Of a stretch of DNA of 47,877 nt, positions 25,817 to 36,090 are shown piece by piece. The notes below the pieces were generated by a model, which saw only the letters and a list, made by a program, of their open reading frames with translations, ran no database searches and had not been told where the DNA came from. Location of the stretch: contig LBQR01000025.1 in NCBI GenBank assembly GCA_000990945.1, forward strand, positions 1 through 47,877. The letters are read 5' to 3'. Position numbers and translations under genes: made by a program. Within the stretch, counting starts at the first letter, position 1. Each line of letters opens with the position of its first letter. This stretch comes from Candidatus Moranbacteria bacterium GW2011_GWF2_35_54 (GTDB lineage: Bacteria > Patescibacteriota > Minisyncoccia > Moranbacterales > UBA9337).

Positions 25817-25922
25817 CTGTCTTTGCGAGGATAATTTGTACTCAAATTATCCGTGGCAATCCAGGAATGTATTAGATTTAGCCACGCAATTTGAGAGTAC
25901 TCAAATTACTCGCAGAGAACAA
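25817..25922. repeat. Cloverleaf-like nested palindromic element
   Basis: Outer stem TCTTTGCGAG/CTCGCAGAGA. Three inner hairpins: GATAATTTG-TACT-CAAATTATC, CGTGGC...GCCACG and AATTTGA-GAGTAC-TCAAATT. Confidence 0.75.
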
Positions 25923-26003
25923 GAAGGAACAAAGATATGAGTGAGTGGTTAGTAAGGAATTACGTTCAATCTACTATAAATATTAAATTCAATAATTAAA
26001 AAT

Positions 26004-27584
26004 ATGAACCGTTTAAAAAATATTTTCGACGATAAATTCGTCAAAATCGATCTTAATACTTGTAATAATTATAGTTATTGGAGCTTTTTTAAGACTCTAC
26101 GATTTTAATGATCTTTTGCGCTTTAATAATGATCAGGTCCGAGATGCTCAAATCATCGACGCCATGCACTCTGGCGAAAATTTCCCGCTTTTTGGACCTA
26201 AAGCGGGAGGGACTAAATTTAATCTGGGTGGAGCTTTTTATTATTTAGAATATCTATCCGGCGCTATTTTCGGATTTTCTCCAGCAGGAATTGCTTTTTT
26301 TATCCCCCTTCTATCAATAGCTTCAATTTATTTATTTTATTTATTATTTAAAAAAATATTTTCTATCAATATCACTCTAGGCTTAACATTTTTGTATGCT
26401 ATTTCTTTTTATGCCATTAAATATTCTCATTTTGCTTGGAATCTTAGCTTTTTTGCTTCTTTTGAGCAGGATAGTTAGCCAATCCAATCAAGACGCGATA
26501 AATCGCGCCTCTACATATCTTGATTTTATTTTTCTGGGAATAATTATTGGCATTAGCGCCCAACTACATACCACTCTTTTAATTTTAATGCCCCTTATGA
26601 CCCTTTTAACTATTTTGTACGCTTATTTTAAAAAAATAAATATTAGCTTAAAAAATATTTTCTTGCTTATCTTTTTTTTCATCCTGATAAACATCCCTTT
26701 CGTTTATGGAAATTTTTTAGACCATGGCGAAAATCTTAGGGAATTTTTAGCCGGCACTAGCACCAAAACTGGCGCTAGTCTATCAATTGTTAAAAACACG
26801 GCTGCAGATATTAAATTTTTCTTGCAAGGAAGTAGTTATTATCTAACGGGGATTGAGCCTCAAAAAAATTGGAGTAACGTCATAAAACTAATCAAATCTC
26901 ACAATTTAATTTTCCTTAATTATATTTTTTGGAGGAATTTACCTTCTCTTTTCTAAGAAAACACAAGCTAACCGCCGGACTATTGCCAATGATACAATTT
27001 TAATCTTAAGCACCTTCACCCTGCTAGCTTTTTTATTTTTTCTTCTTATCGGCAATGAATTAAATTTAAGATTTTTTATTATCCTTTCTTTTTTGCCCTA
27101 TTTATTTCTAGGGGCAATTAGTCAATACCTCTCTGAAAAAATAAATTCTCTTCAGATAAAGGCAATTCTTTTCCTTTCAGTGCTAGCTATCTTAATTTTT
27201 TCAAATTTAAATATGTTTACCAAAACTTATAACTTAAATAATTACCGCGCGCCCCAAAGCGCCTATGGCGGGATTAGCTTAGGAGAACTGAATGAATTGT
27301 GCCTAAAGATGGATAACGCGCTAAAATCAAAGCCTGGCGCTTCACAGACAGCCTTTATCGATTCATTTGAGTTTAAAAGATCGCTAACATACGTTTGCGC
27401 AAAAACGAACCTTGCATTGGAAGAATTCTCCAGCGGAGAACTCATTGGCGCTCAATTATTTTTCGTAATCGTAGAAAATGAAAACATAGAAAAAAATATT
27501 CAAAAATACACCAATAGTTTTAAACTTGAAAATTCTCAAAAAATAAAACGCTTTACGCTTTTAACTTTTAAATCTATTCAATAA
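26004..27584 (+). pseudogene. Third GT-C (ArnT/PMT_2-like) paralog broken by at least three frameshifts
   Basis: MNRLKNIFDDKFVK, then shifted SILILVIIIVIGAFLRLYDFNDLLRFNNDQ... (ORF 26116..26478), then 26396..26956, then FGGIYLLFSKK...27584. Two junctions are at homopolymers (A4 about 26045, T6 about 26925), so sequencing error is not excluded. Confidence 0.55.
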
Positions 27585-27699
27585 ATTTCCATAATTCGCA
27601 TATTCTCCCGCCGGAAACGCTCGTAGCAACTACGGACGAGTATTTGATTCACCCGCCACGTGATAAAAAATTTATTTTTTGTTTTACGTGGTAATTTGT

Positions 27700-28224
27700 A
27701 GGGAACAAAAAACATCCTTCAAAGAAAGATGTTTTTTTACCCACTCAAGTGCCAGCTAACTTAACTTTTAAATTAACAAACACCTGACAAGGTTATGGAA
27801 ACCAGGCGCTGAACGCCGAATATATAAATAAAGTGGCTTGAGCGCCTGGTGTTTGACATGTACCAACATGTAAACCGGAAATCCCCTAGCCCGGGTGACA
27901 GGCAATCAGTGATTATGGGAATGCATGTATTTTGTGTACATACTTGTTATCCTCTACTTTTCTCTGGGACGAACCCTTTTTTAAAGAACTTTATTTTTCT
28001 TTTTATTTTTATTTTTAGAAAAATTTTATTAGTCCCACTCAATTAACGATTTTATCCCAAACTTAGTGGGACTAATAATTTTATTTTTTTGTTTTTATTT
28101 TTATTTTTTTTGAAGTATGTTTAGAATAGTAGAAGAAAACTTGAGCTGTTTTAGGAAAAACCGCTAAAATTTTCTTCTACCAGATAACTTTTTTATTCAT
28201 TTGTCAATGTGCTTATATCACTAC
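27700..28224 (-). ncRNA. Candidate structured non-coding transcript (extent uncertain, 150-520 nt)
   Basis: Lies downstream of the orphan promoter. Contains an 11-bp hairpin GTAGAAGAAAA/TTTTCTTCTAC (28129-28180), a 12-bp hairpin (28028-28076), a 10-bp stem ACCAGGCGCT/AGCGCCTGGT (27802-27850), and a terminator-like AACATC...GATGTT plus T6 (27703-27745). No known RNA family recognised. Confidence 0.3.
28028..28090. terminator. Strong hairpin with a T-run (12-bp stem ATTAGTCCCACT/AGTGGGACTAAT)
   Basis: Stem at 28028-28039 / 28065-28076, followed by AATTTTATTTTTTT on the plus strand. No annotated gene ends here. Confidence 0.5.
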
Positions 28225-28230
28225 AATACA

Positions 28231-28259
28231 ATTATAACAAAAAAATGGCCCGTCGTCAA
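28231..28259 (-). promoter_or_regulatory. Near-consensus orphan promoter firing leftward (TTGACG-17-TATAAT)
   Basis: On the minus strand, TTGACG (28259-28254), an exactly 17-nt spacer, then TATAAT (28236-28231). No ORF of 60 aa or more follows on that strand. Confidence 0.5.
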
Positions 28260-28412
28260 TTTTCACTCTCCAAAACCCTTATTTCAAGCCTCGTATCCCC
28301 CTAAATGAATTTTTATAAAAAATATTCTCAAAAATAAACAAATTTTAAATTAAAATTATGATATTTTTTAAACAATTTATACACAACTTATCCACAGGTT
28401 GTTAAAAATGCC

Positions 28413-29582
28413 TTAATTTTCCGAAGAAAAAATATCAGTTTTGCTCTCTGCTTCCTTAGATAATTTGTCGATAATCAATCTTCCACTCTCCTTATTGGTA
28501 GCAACCATGAGATAATCACCCACCACAGCGTAATCTAATGATAAATCTAGACTTTTATTCAAATTGACATATCGAATGATATTGCCATTATAGTTGCTCT
28601 CGCCAAACTTACTAGCTGAGATATTTTCGGGCTTAGCATATGTAAACAATGCTTCTATATTTTTAACTAGGGTTCTTTCGTTTTTAACTAAGTTTGTTTT
28701 TAATAAATCTTTATTTTTTGTACCCACAACAACGCTAACTCTTTTTATGTCTTTATTTTTGTATAGAAATAAAGAAAAATTATCTGGGGATAGGTTATTT
28801 ACAACATTAGGACTCAAATATATTTTAAAATTATCAATAAAATTCTTAAATAAAATCGGCTTATTATTCTTATCTACTACTAAAAACTCCAGTTGATTGC
28901 CACTATATTTTTCCATTTCTATAAATTTTCTTTCAATTATAGATTTAATTCCAAGTTGGTCAAATTCTTCATCATTCACAACCATAAAATTAACTTTATC
29001 GGAAAATCCACTTTTATCATCCGCTAAGTCCTTTATGGCATTAGTAGAATTATTCTCTGGATTAGCACTGCTCTTCTTGTTTGAATCCGCAGTTATCCCT
29101 GATTTAGAGATATCATTATCTTTTTCATCTCTCATAAACCAAATGTAATATCCGCCCGCACCAAGCAATAAAATTATTACAAAAATTATCCCATAAATAA
29201 AGGTACTACTTTTTTCATTAAGTGTTTCAAAACTCGCCATATCCGCATTTTTAACACTTGGGGGAGCTTCCGTCTCTGCAGTAGGTATATGCGGATAACT
29301 ATTTAAATTTTTTGGCATAGTGCCCGATCTCGCCCCTATATTATCTGCTTCTTTGGATAAGCCGTCACTTGCTTTATTTTCTAAATTATTTTCTACGTTG
29401 ATAGCAACAGTCTTACTCAGAAATGGGCTACCTTCTTTGTTATAATCCTCTGCTATTCCATCACTGCTCTCTTCTATGGCATTATCATTTTCACCCAAAA
29501 GATCTTTTTTCATGGTGTGGAATTTCACTGATTCTAAATATTCATTTTCAGATTTTGTTTTGTTATTATTTTTATTGAACAT
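28413..29582 (-). CDS. Hypothetical single-pass membrane protein (389 aa)
   Basis: Low-complexity N-terminal region, one TM segment (FIYGIIFVIILLLGAGGYYIWF) and a C-terminal globular part. No family recognised. Confidence 0.6.
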   Translation of the reverse strand: MFNKNNNKTKSENEYLESVKFHTMKKDLLGENDNAIEESSDGIAEDYNKEGSPFLSKTVAINVENNLENKASDGLSKEADNIGARSGTMPKNLNSYPHIPTAETEAPPSVKNADMASFETLNEKSSTFIYGIIFVIILLLGAGGYYIWFMRDEKDNDISKSGITADSNKKSSANPENNSTNAIKDLADDKSGFSDKVNFMVVNDEEFDQLGIKSIIERKFIEMEKYSGNQLEFLVVDKNNKPILFKNFIDNFKIYLSPNVVNNLSPDNFSLFLYKNKDIKRVSVVVGTKNKDLLKTNLVKNERTLVKNIEALFTYAKPENISASKFGESNYNGNIIRYVNLNKSLDLSLDYAVVGDYLMVATNKESGRLIIDKLSKEAESKTDIFSSEN

Positions 29583-29703
29583 ATTTAAGAAGTAATTTTT
29601 TATATACTTATATTATAACATTTTTCACTTATTGCCAAATAAAAAACATAGAACATTAAAACAATCGAGCATTAAAACACTAGAACTCAATTTATTAGCC
29701 CAA

Positions 29704-29735
29704 TAAAAAGCGATTCACTTGCGAATCGCTTTTTA
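29704..29735 (-). terminator. Terminator downstream of pnp
   Basis: GCGATTC-ACTTGC-GAATCGC stem flanked by A5 and T5 runs. Confidence 0.65.
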
Positions 29736-29752
29736 AAAAATAATTTTAAGTT

Positions 29753-31821
29753 TTATTTCTTTGCATCTTTCATGGAGAGATTTATCCTGCCCATTTTATC
29801 AATTTCTTTAACTTTTACCATCACCATATCTCCTACTTTAACCACATCATCAACTTTATTGACACGTTGCTCTGATAGCTCTGAAATATGAATTAATCCA
29901 TCTTGACCTGGTAACAATTGAGCAAAAGCTCCAAAATCCATTATTTTAACTACTTTAGCATTAAAAATTTCTCCAGCCTTTACTTCTCGGGTAAGATTTT
30001 CCACCCATTCCCTAGCTTTATCGGCAGAAACTTGATCTGGAGAAGTGATGAAAACTAGTCCGCTGTCTTCTATGTCAATTTGCACTCCAGTTTCGTCAAT
30101 AATTTCATTGATAACTTTTCCACCGGGTCCGATTACTGAACGAATTTTATCTGGGTTGATTTGAAGGGTAATAATTCTCGGTGCGTAAGGAGACATTTCT
30201 TTTCTCGGTTCAGCTATTACCTTGAGCATTTCTCCCATTATAAACATCCGACTTTCTTTAGATTGAGTCAAAACATTTTTTAACATTTCAATTGTTACAC
30301 CATCTACTTTTACATCCATTTGTAACGCAGTTATGCCCTTTTCTGTTCCAGCTGCTTTAAAATCCATATCCCCGTAATGATCTTCCATTCCTTGAATATC
30401 ACTTAGAACTTTAAATTCATTATCATTTTTGCCCACAATTATTCCCATCGCAATTCCACTCACCGGTCTTTTTATCGGTACCCCAGCATCCATAAGAGAT
30501 AATGTTGAGATTCAAGCACTTCGGAAACCAAAAGCATCGTATAGGGAAATTCTTCTTTAGATGGAAGAACGGGAATTAAAGCTTTTTCAGCTAGCGCCCC
30601 ATGTCCAATTTCTCTTCGGCCCGGTCCGCGCATAAACCTAACTTCTCCCACAGAAAAAGGAGGGAAATTATAATGATGAATATATCTCTTTTTCATATCC
30701 ACCTCCATAGTATCAATTATTTGTTCGTCTCCTGGAGATCCTAAGGTTGTCACAGTCAAAGCTTGAGTTTCACCCCTAGTAAAAAGTCCAGTCCCATGAG
30801 TTCTTGGTAAAATCCCTGTTTGAATAGTAATTTTTCTAACTTCTTTAAGACCTCTACCGTCGGGGCGTTTATCGCTCTCGATAATATTTTTATGCACCAT
30901 TTCATCGCAAACTTCATCCAATATAAGATTGGCAATATCTTTTCTTTTATCAAAATCTTCGGGATGATTTTCTTTAATATATTCTAACACTTCATCTTTT
31001 ATTTCGCCCACGGCTTTTTCCATTTCCTTCTTTTCTTTTATGTACAGAGCTTGCTCAAGTTTTTCAGTTGCAAAAAGATCTTTAATCTTCTTTTCAAACT
31101 CGGCATCTCCCTGAAGAAGAGCTGGCTCGGATTTTTCTTTGCCCGACTCTTTTTGAATATCTTTTATAAATTTAGCTATTTTAGACAAAGCGTTTTGTCC
31201 GAATTCAAAAGCTTCTAGAATGTCTTCTTCTGGAATTTCCTTAGCGGCCGCCTCTATCATATTGGTCTTATCTTCAGTTCCAGCAATTACCAAATTTAAA
31301 TCCCCATCCTTAAGATCCCCATTAATTGGATTGAGCACTAACTCACCATTAATCTTTCCTACCTTGACTGCTCCAATTGGACCATTCCAAGGAACATTGG
31401 AAATAGAAAGCGCTGCTGAAGCTGCAATAATAGAAACTATATCCGGATCATTTTCCCCATCAATAGAGAGAACTGTTATTATAACTTGCACCTCATTTCT
31501 CATTCGACCATTAAATAAAGGCCTGATTGATCTATCAATCATTCTTCCTGTCAAAACAGCATCGTCAGAAGGACGTCCTTCTCTTTTAATAAATCGGGAT
31601 CCCTTTATTTTTCCCGCAGCATAATAGCGCTCTTCATAATCCACCATCAAAGGGAAATATCCCATATTGCTAGCTGCACCAGTTTTCATAACCGCTGTAG
31701 CCAGAACTACTGTGTCTCCATAGCTAACTTTTACAGCTCCGCTAGCTTGTTTAGCTAAAACTCCGGTTTCTATGCGAAGTTCTCGACCTCCAATTTGGAG
31801 AGTCCATTTTTTCTCTTCCAT
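29753..31821 (-). CDS. pnp: Polyribonucleotide nucleotidyltransferase (PNPase), split into two ORFs by a short deletion/frameshift
   Basis: 30472..31821 encodes RNase PH domain 1 and most of domain 2. 29753..30493 encodes [17 protein letters not shown]..., KH and S1 domains. At the junction the motif NGSSSMA.VCG expected between VLES and [10 protein letters not shown] is absent and the frame shifts. Confidence 0.9.
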
Positions 31822-32197
31822 ATTTTATTTATGATTTTGAAAGAATCTTGAAACAAGGAATTTAAAATAATTTTAAACTTACACGATTAAATTCATATTC
31901 GAGTTATTAGAACGTAATTGGAGTATTAGAGTCGCTATTGAAAATATAAATGCGACTCGAATAATTCGAATAAGCACACAAATAACGCTAATGGATAAAA
32001 TGCGTAGATTATGTAAAATTATTACAAATTTCAGGTTTCAAGTGTAAGTTTCTTCCAAAATCAAATTTATTAATTACTAATTAACTTCTTGTACTATAGT
32101 TCAAATTTGTACATTTGTCAAAAAATAAAAACACATTTTTTAGGTGCGCTCTTATACAAAAAAAATATTCAATTTAATCATCTTTTCCTGTATTAAG

Positions 32198-32271
32198 CGG
32201 GAGCGACCGGACTCGAACCGGCGACCTATTGCGTGACAGGCAATCGCTCTAACCAGCTGAGCTACGCCCCC
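32198..32271 (-). tRNA. tRNA-Asp (GTC)
   Basis: Hand-folded: acceptor GGGGGCG/CGCTCCC, D arm GCTC..GAGC, anticodon arm ATTGC-CTGTCAC-GCAAT, T arm GCCGG-TTCGAGT-CCGGT. CCA not encoded. Confidence 0.85.
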
Positions 32272-32355
32272 GTTTCATGTATCATACAACATGAAGCATA
32301 CAGCAAATTAAAAAGATTTGTTCTATGTTTCATGCTACATGTTTATATATTTTTG

Positions 32356-32429
32356 TACCAGGAGAGAGATTCGAACTCTCGACCTCAGGCTTATGAGTCC
32401 TGCGCTCTAACCAACTGAGCTATCCTGGC
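32356..32429 (-). tRNA. tRNA with CAT anticodon (elongator Met or lysidine-modified Ile2)
   Basis: GCCAGGATAGCTCAGTTGGTTAGAGCGCAGGACTCATAAGCCTGAGGTCGAGAGTTCGAATCTCTCTCCTGGTA. Cloverleaf folds, T loop TTCGAAT, anticodon loop CTCATAA. Confidence 0.8.
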
Positions 32430-32528
32430 ATTTTAGCATTTAGTATAAAGTATTTTGAATTTAGTATTCAAAAAAACTTGATACAAAATACAAAATACTT
32501 AATACCAGATACTCCTGCTCATTACTTG

Positions 32529-32602
32529 TTGCGGGGGCCGGATTCGAACCGGCGACCTCCTGGTTATGAGCCAGACGAGCTGCCAGACTGCTCTACCCCG
32601 CG
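32529..32602 (-). tRNA. Initiator tRNA-fMet (CAT)
   Basis: CGCGGGGTAGAGCAGTCTGGCAGCTCGTCTGGCTCATAACCAGGAGGTCGCCGGTTCGAATCCGGCCCCCGCAA. Has the C1-A72 mismatch and is close in sequence to the E. coli initiator tRNA as I recall it. Confidence 0.85.
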
Positions 32603-32715
32603 GTGTAAAATTCGCTTTATTTTAAAACACTTATCAAATAATATTACACTTTACTCTCGTTGTCAATAAAACGTAAACAAAACAGTCTTGTCAAAACAGT
32701 CTTAAATAAATCCAG

Positions 32716-33936
32716 CTATTTAATGTTGTCCATTAAGCCGTACATTGGTTGTAACATCGCGATAGCAAAAAAACCCACGGCAATTCCCATAAACAACATC
32801 AAAACCGGCTCGACTATGGAAGAAATATTTTTCGTCACTTGGTTTACCTCGTCTTCGTAAAATTCAGCCATTTTAATCAAAATCGCTTCTGTCTCTCCGG
32901 TTTGTTCTCCTACCTCAATCATTTGCTTGACCAAAACAGGAAATATTTTCTCATTTTCACCGATAACCTTGCTTAAATCTATTCCTTTTTGAAGTTGCTT
33001 TATGCTATCTCTCAATGCCTTTTTATAATAATAATTAGAAAGAGTATTGGCAACTATTTTTAGAGCATCTAAAGATGTTACTCCGCTTTTCAACAAGGAA
33101 CTATAAATTCTAGAAAACCTAGCACAATTTGTTTTTATAACTATATTATTAATAGCGGGTAATTTTAAAGAAATAAAACTTATAGCTTTCTTTCCCGCTT
33201 TGGTCTTCATAGCCAATCTCAAGAAAATAACAAAGACAATCATTGCTATTAAAACAATAACACTATGCTCCTTGAACAAATCACTCATGGCTATTATGAA
33301 TTGCGTGCTTTTGGGAAGTTCCACATCCATATCCTTGAAAACTCCAGTCATCTGGGGAAGCACATAGGTGAGCATCAAAATAGCCACTCCTGTCATTGCA
33401 ACCATAATAACAGCTGGATACATGAGCGCTCCTCGTACTTTACTTAAAAGGGCGTGTTCTTTTTCTAACTGAACTGACACTATGGTCAAGGTTTCATCCA
33501 AATTACCGCCAGTTTCTCCAATTTTTACCATATTCACAAAAAGTTCGCTAAAAACACTGGGATATTTTGCCATTCCATCTGAAAGATTTTTTCCTGCTTT
33601 GATATCCTCATAAATAGCTAATAAAATCTGACTGAATTTTTTATTTTTTGTTTGATCAGCCAAATTCCTTATCGACTTTGAAACCGTCAAGCCCGAGCTT
33701 ATCATCACACTCAAATTTCTAGCAAACATCATTTTGTCCTTAAGGGCAATTTTTGTAAATCTATCCATAAAAGCTACCCTTACTTTTCCATCATCATCTT
33801 CCATTTCCCTGACCGAAGTAACCAAAAAACCATCCGCTTTTAATTGCTGAGCTATTCCTTGTTCATCTTTAGCGACTAATTCTCCGGTTCTTACTTCACC
33901 GTCATAATTCTTGGCTACATAAAGAAATTTTGGCAT
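32716..33936 (-). CDS. pilC: Type IV pilus assembly platform protein PilC (GspF family)
   Basis: 406 aa. MPKFLYVAKNYDGEVRTGEL N-terminus, two T2SSF repeats and three TM segments. Confidence 0.85.
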   Translation of the reverse strand: MPKFLYVAKNYDGEVRTGELVAKDEQGIAQQLKADGFLVTSVREMEDDDGKVRVAFMDRFTKIALKDKMMFARNLSVMISSGLTVSKSIRNLADQTKNKKFSQILLAIYEDIKAGKNLSDGMAKYPSVFSELFVNMVKIGETGGNLDETLTIVSVQLEKEHALLSKVRGALMYPAVIMVAMTGVAILMLTYVLPQMTGVFKDMDVELPKSTQFIIAMSDLFKEHSVIVLIAMIVFVIFLRLAMKTKAGKKAISFISLKLPAINNIVIKTNCARFSRIYSSLLKSGVTSLDALKIVANTLSNYYYKKALRDSIKQLQKGIDLSKVIGENEKIFPVLVKQMIEVGEQTGETEAILIKMAEFYEDEVNQVTKNISSIVEPVLMLFMGIAVGFFAIAMLQPMYGLMDNIK

Positions 33937-33961
33937 ACTTTTTTATTTGTTTTTATTTTTA

Positions 33962-34130
33962 TGACTTACACATTTGAGCTACTGCAATCTTAGTTTATGA
34001 AAAATATTATTTTTTTGAACTGCCCGCTTCGCCATAGCTTTAGCGAGGCGAGCCGTGCTACTGCGAAAGGCGAGAAAAAATGATATTTTTCAGAAACGTA
34101 TTAAACAAAAATAATATTCAAATACGTAAA
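33962..34130. repeat. Long palindromic intergenic element, copy 2 (with an extra nested GC hairpin)
   Basis: Same sequence frame as 1998-2135, plus an inserted CGCTTCGCCATAGCTTTAGCGAGGCGAGCC segment. Both copies sit just upstream of a minus-strand gene start. Confidence 0.75.
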
Positions 34131-34192
34131 TTCTAATTTTTAAGAAATATGAATTTCTTTTATTATAGCATCTTTTAAGAAAAATAAAAAAA

Positions 34193-34767
34193 TTACTGGA
34201 TAACTCTATCCACTATTCCATATTTTTTAGCTTCAATGGCACTCATAAAATAATCTCTCTCCGTATCTTCTTCTATTTTATCAAATTTTTGCCCAGTATG
34301 TTTGGCTAAAATTTCGCTTAATCTTTTTTTGGTTTTAAGGATCTGCTTAGCGTGGATATCAATATCAGTAGCTTGTCCGCGCGCGCCTCCCATCACCTGA
34401 TGAATCATTACCTCTCCGTTGGGCAAAATCATTCTTTTTCCTTTCGCTCCGGCAGCTAAAAGCAAAGAGGCGGCCGAAGCAGCTAATCCCACACAAATAG
34501 TCTGTACATCCGGTTTGACATATTGCATCGTATCATAAATAGCCAAAGCAGAAGTTACCACTCCACCAGGAGAATTTATATAAATTTTAATATCCTCTTT
34601 TGAATTCTGAGATTCCAAAAATAATAGTTGGGCAATCACAGCGTTAGCCATATTATCCAAATTATTCTATCTTTTAGCAGCCTAGAATAAATATCATAAG
34701 CTCTTTCGCCATAATTCGTTTTTTCAATTACGGTCGGAATTAAAAATTGATTTGAAGTTTTACTCAT
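34193..34767 (-). CDS. clpP: ATP-dependent Clp protease proteolytic subunit ClpP, interrupted by a short deletion/frameshift
   Basis: N-terminal piece (ATG at 34767): [39 protein letters not shown] 34193..34660 continues [15 protein letters not shown]...INSPGG...MIHQ. Only 2 nt lie between the codons for RII and DNMAN, where ClpPs I recall have about 7 residues (e.g. MLGSAID). Confidence 0.85.
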
Positions 34768-34798
34768 AATATTTTATCTCTTAGCAAGTTGAAAAAAT

Positions 34799-36062
34799 CT
34801 ACATTTTTTCCAACATCTTGAAAGCCTCTTCATTTTTTAGTATACCATTAGTATAATCGAATAATCTTTTCATATCAATTTTATCTTTAGCAAGTTTTAT
34901 TCATGGCTTCCTCAATTTCTTCGGAAGAAATTTTAATTTCTTTTTCCTTTATTATTTTTTCTAAAGCCAAAGCGGCTTTAATTCTTTTTTGGGCCTGTGG
35001 GATCCAATCCTTTTCCAAATCATCTATAGTTTTTCCCAATTGCCCCACATAATCAGCTAGGCTCATCCCCATTTGTTGGATCTGAGATTCCAATTCATGT
35101 AACATCTTGTGAACTTCTTCGTGGACCAATATTTCAGGAAGCTCATCTGATAACTCTACCTTATTTATCAAAATTTCCATCATTTCACCCCTTCTTTTCT
35201 CTTGTCTTCTGAACTCTTGTTCTTTTTTTATGCCCTCCTCGATATTCTTTTTTAATTCTTCCAAATCTTTGAAATTACCCAATGATTTAGCAAACTCATC
35301 GTTAATCACAGGAACTTCTCTTTCTTGAACTAATTTTATGACAACCTTGAACTGAGCCAGTCCCCCTGCCAAATTTTTTTCATGATATTCTTTGGGGAAT
35401 TTTAGTTCGAAATTTTTCTCCTCACCTTCTTTCATCCCCAAAAGATGATCTTCGAATCCTGGAATAAAAACTTCACTGCCTAAAATCAAATTATGATCTT
35501 TGGCTAAACCGCCTTCAATTAAAATTCCATCCTTTCGCACTTCAAAATCAATAATAATTGAATCTTCTTTTTTAGCTTCTCGTCTAACAGTAACTAATTT
35601 AGCTCTGCTTTTGGCAATTTTCTCAAGTTCCTTCAAGATATCTTCAAGAGCGATCTCTGTTTTTTCATTAGCAAAAGCTTTGTTTAGCTTACTTACTTCG
35701 TCTTTGTATTTTTTTAATTCCACCTCGGGCATCACAGAAGCAACCACCACAAATTCCAAATCAACCTGTTCTTCCAATTTAATTATATCTATTTCTGGAG
35801 ATCCGATAGTGTCCAAATTTAATTCTTTCACTTTCTGAGGATAATTCTTTTTGATTGCTTCTTCAGCTGCGGTATTCAGAATGACCTCTTTTCCAACTTT
35901 TTGCTCTACAATTTTCTTAGGAGCTTTACCTGGGCGGAACCCTTCAATTTTTATTTCTTTGGAAATTTTTTGGACAGCATCGTCTAAAAAAACTTTCCAG
36001 TTATCCCAAGCAATAACCAATTTAAATTCCACTTTTGATTTTGGCAATTTTTTAATTTCCAT
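34799..36062 (-). CDS. tig: Trigger factor, last 32 aa or so in another frame (homopolymer indel)
   Basis: MEIKKLPKSKVEFKL start at 36062 (the track start at 36113 overlaps nusA). PPIase and C-terminal domains present. After ...EEIEEAMNK the frame stops at 34887. The shifted frame reads LAKDKIDMKRLFDYTNGILKNEEAFKMLEKM to 34799. The junction is the T4 run at 34895-34898. Confidence 0.85.
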
Positions 36063-36090
36063 ACAAACATTCTCTTTATTAATAAACAAC

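Noticed and set aside
27849-28046. 65-aa plus-strand ORF in the large gap
   Set aside because: It has a GTG start, no SD, a low-complexity Phe/Ile-rich tail encoded by T-runs, and it crosses hairpins. It is most likely non-coding.
27700-28224. Known housekeeping ncRNAs (RNase P RNA, tmRNA, SRP RNA, 6S) in the 830-bp gap
   Set aside because: I could not find GGAAAGUCCGGGC or ACAGAACCCGGCUUA-type RNase P cores. There is no tmRNA-style acceptor/T-arm with a tag ORF, and no SRP GGAA-tetraloop domain IV context. There are only partial resemblances such as GUCAGGU and CCCGGGCUA. An Infernal scan is needed to be sure.
28377-28396. Adjacent DnaA-box-like sites TTATACACA (28377-28385) and perfect TTATCCACA (28388-28396) plus AT-rich tracts, considered as oriC
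   Set aside because: Only two good boxes are present; other candidates have two or more mismatches. No dnaA or dnaN is nearby. The flanking gene blocks converge on this gap, whereas genes normally diverge from an origin. I also looked for a dif-like site and found none I could recognise. A GC-skew calculation on the whole contig would settle the question.
32233-32669. Plus-strand ORFs 32233..32418 and 32478..32669
   Set aside because: They lie antisense to the three tRNA genes and are explained by them.
34775-34895. Repeated TTATCT(C)TTAGCAAGTT at 34777-34793 and 34881-34896, considered as a programmed frameshift or recoding signal between tig and clpP
   Set aside because: There are only two short copies. 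The tig break is fully explained by a one-base change in a T4 run, and I see no slippery heptamer or downstream structure pattern.
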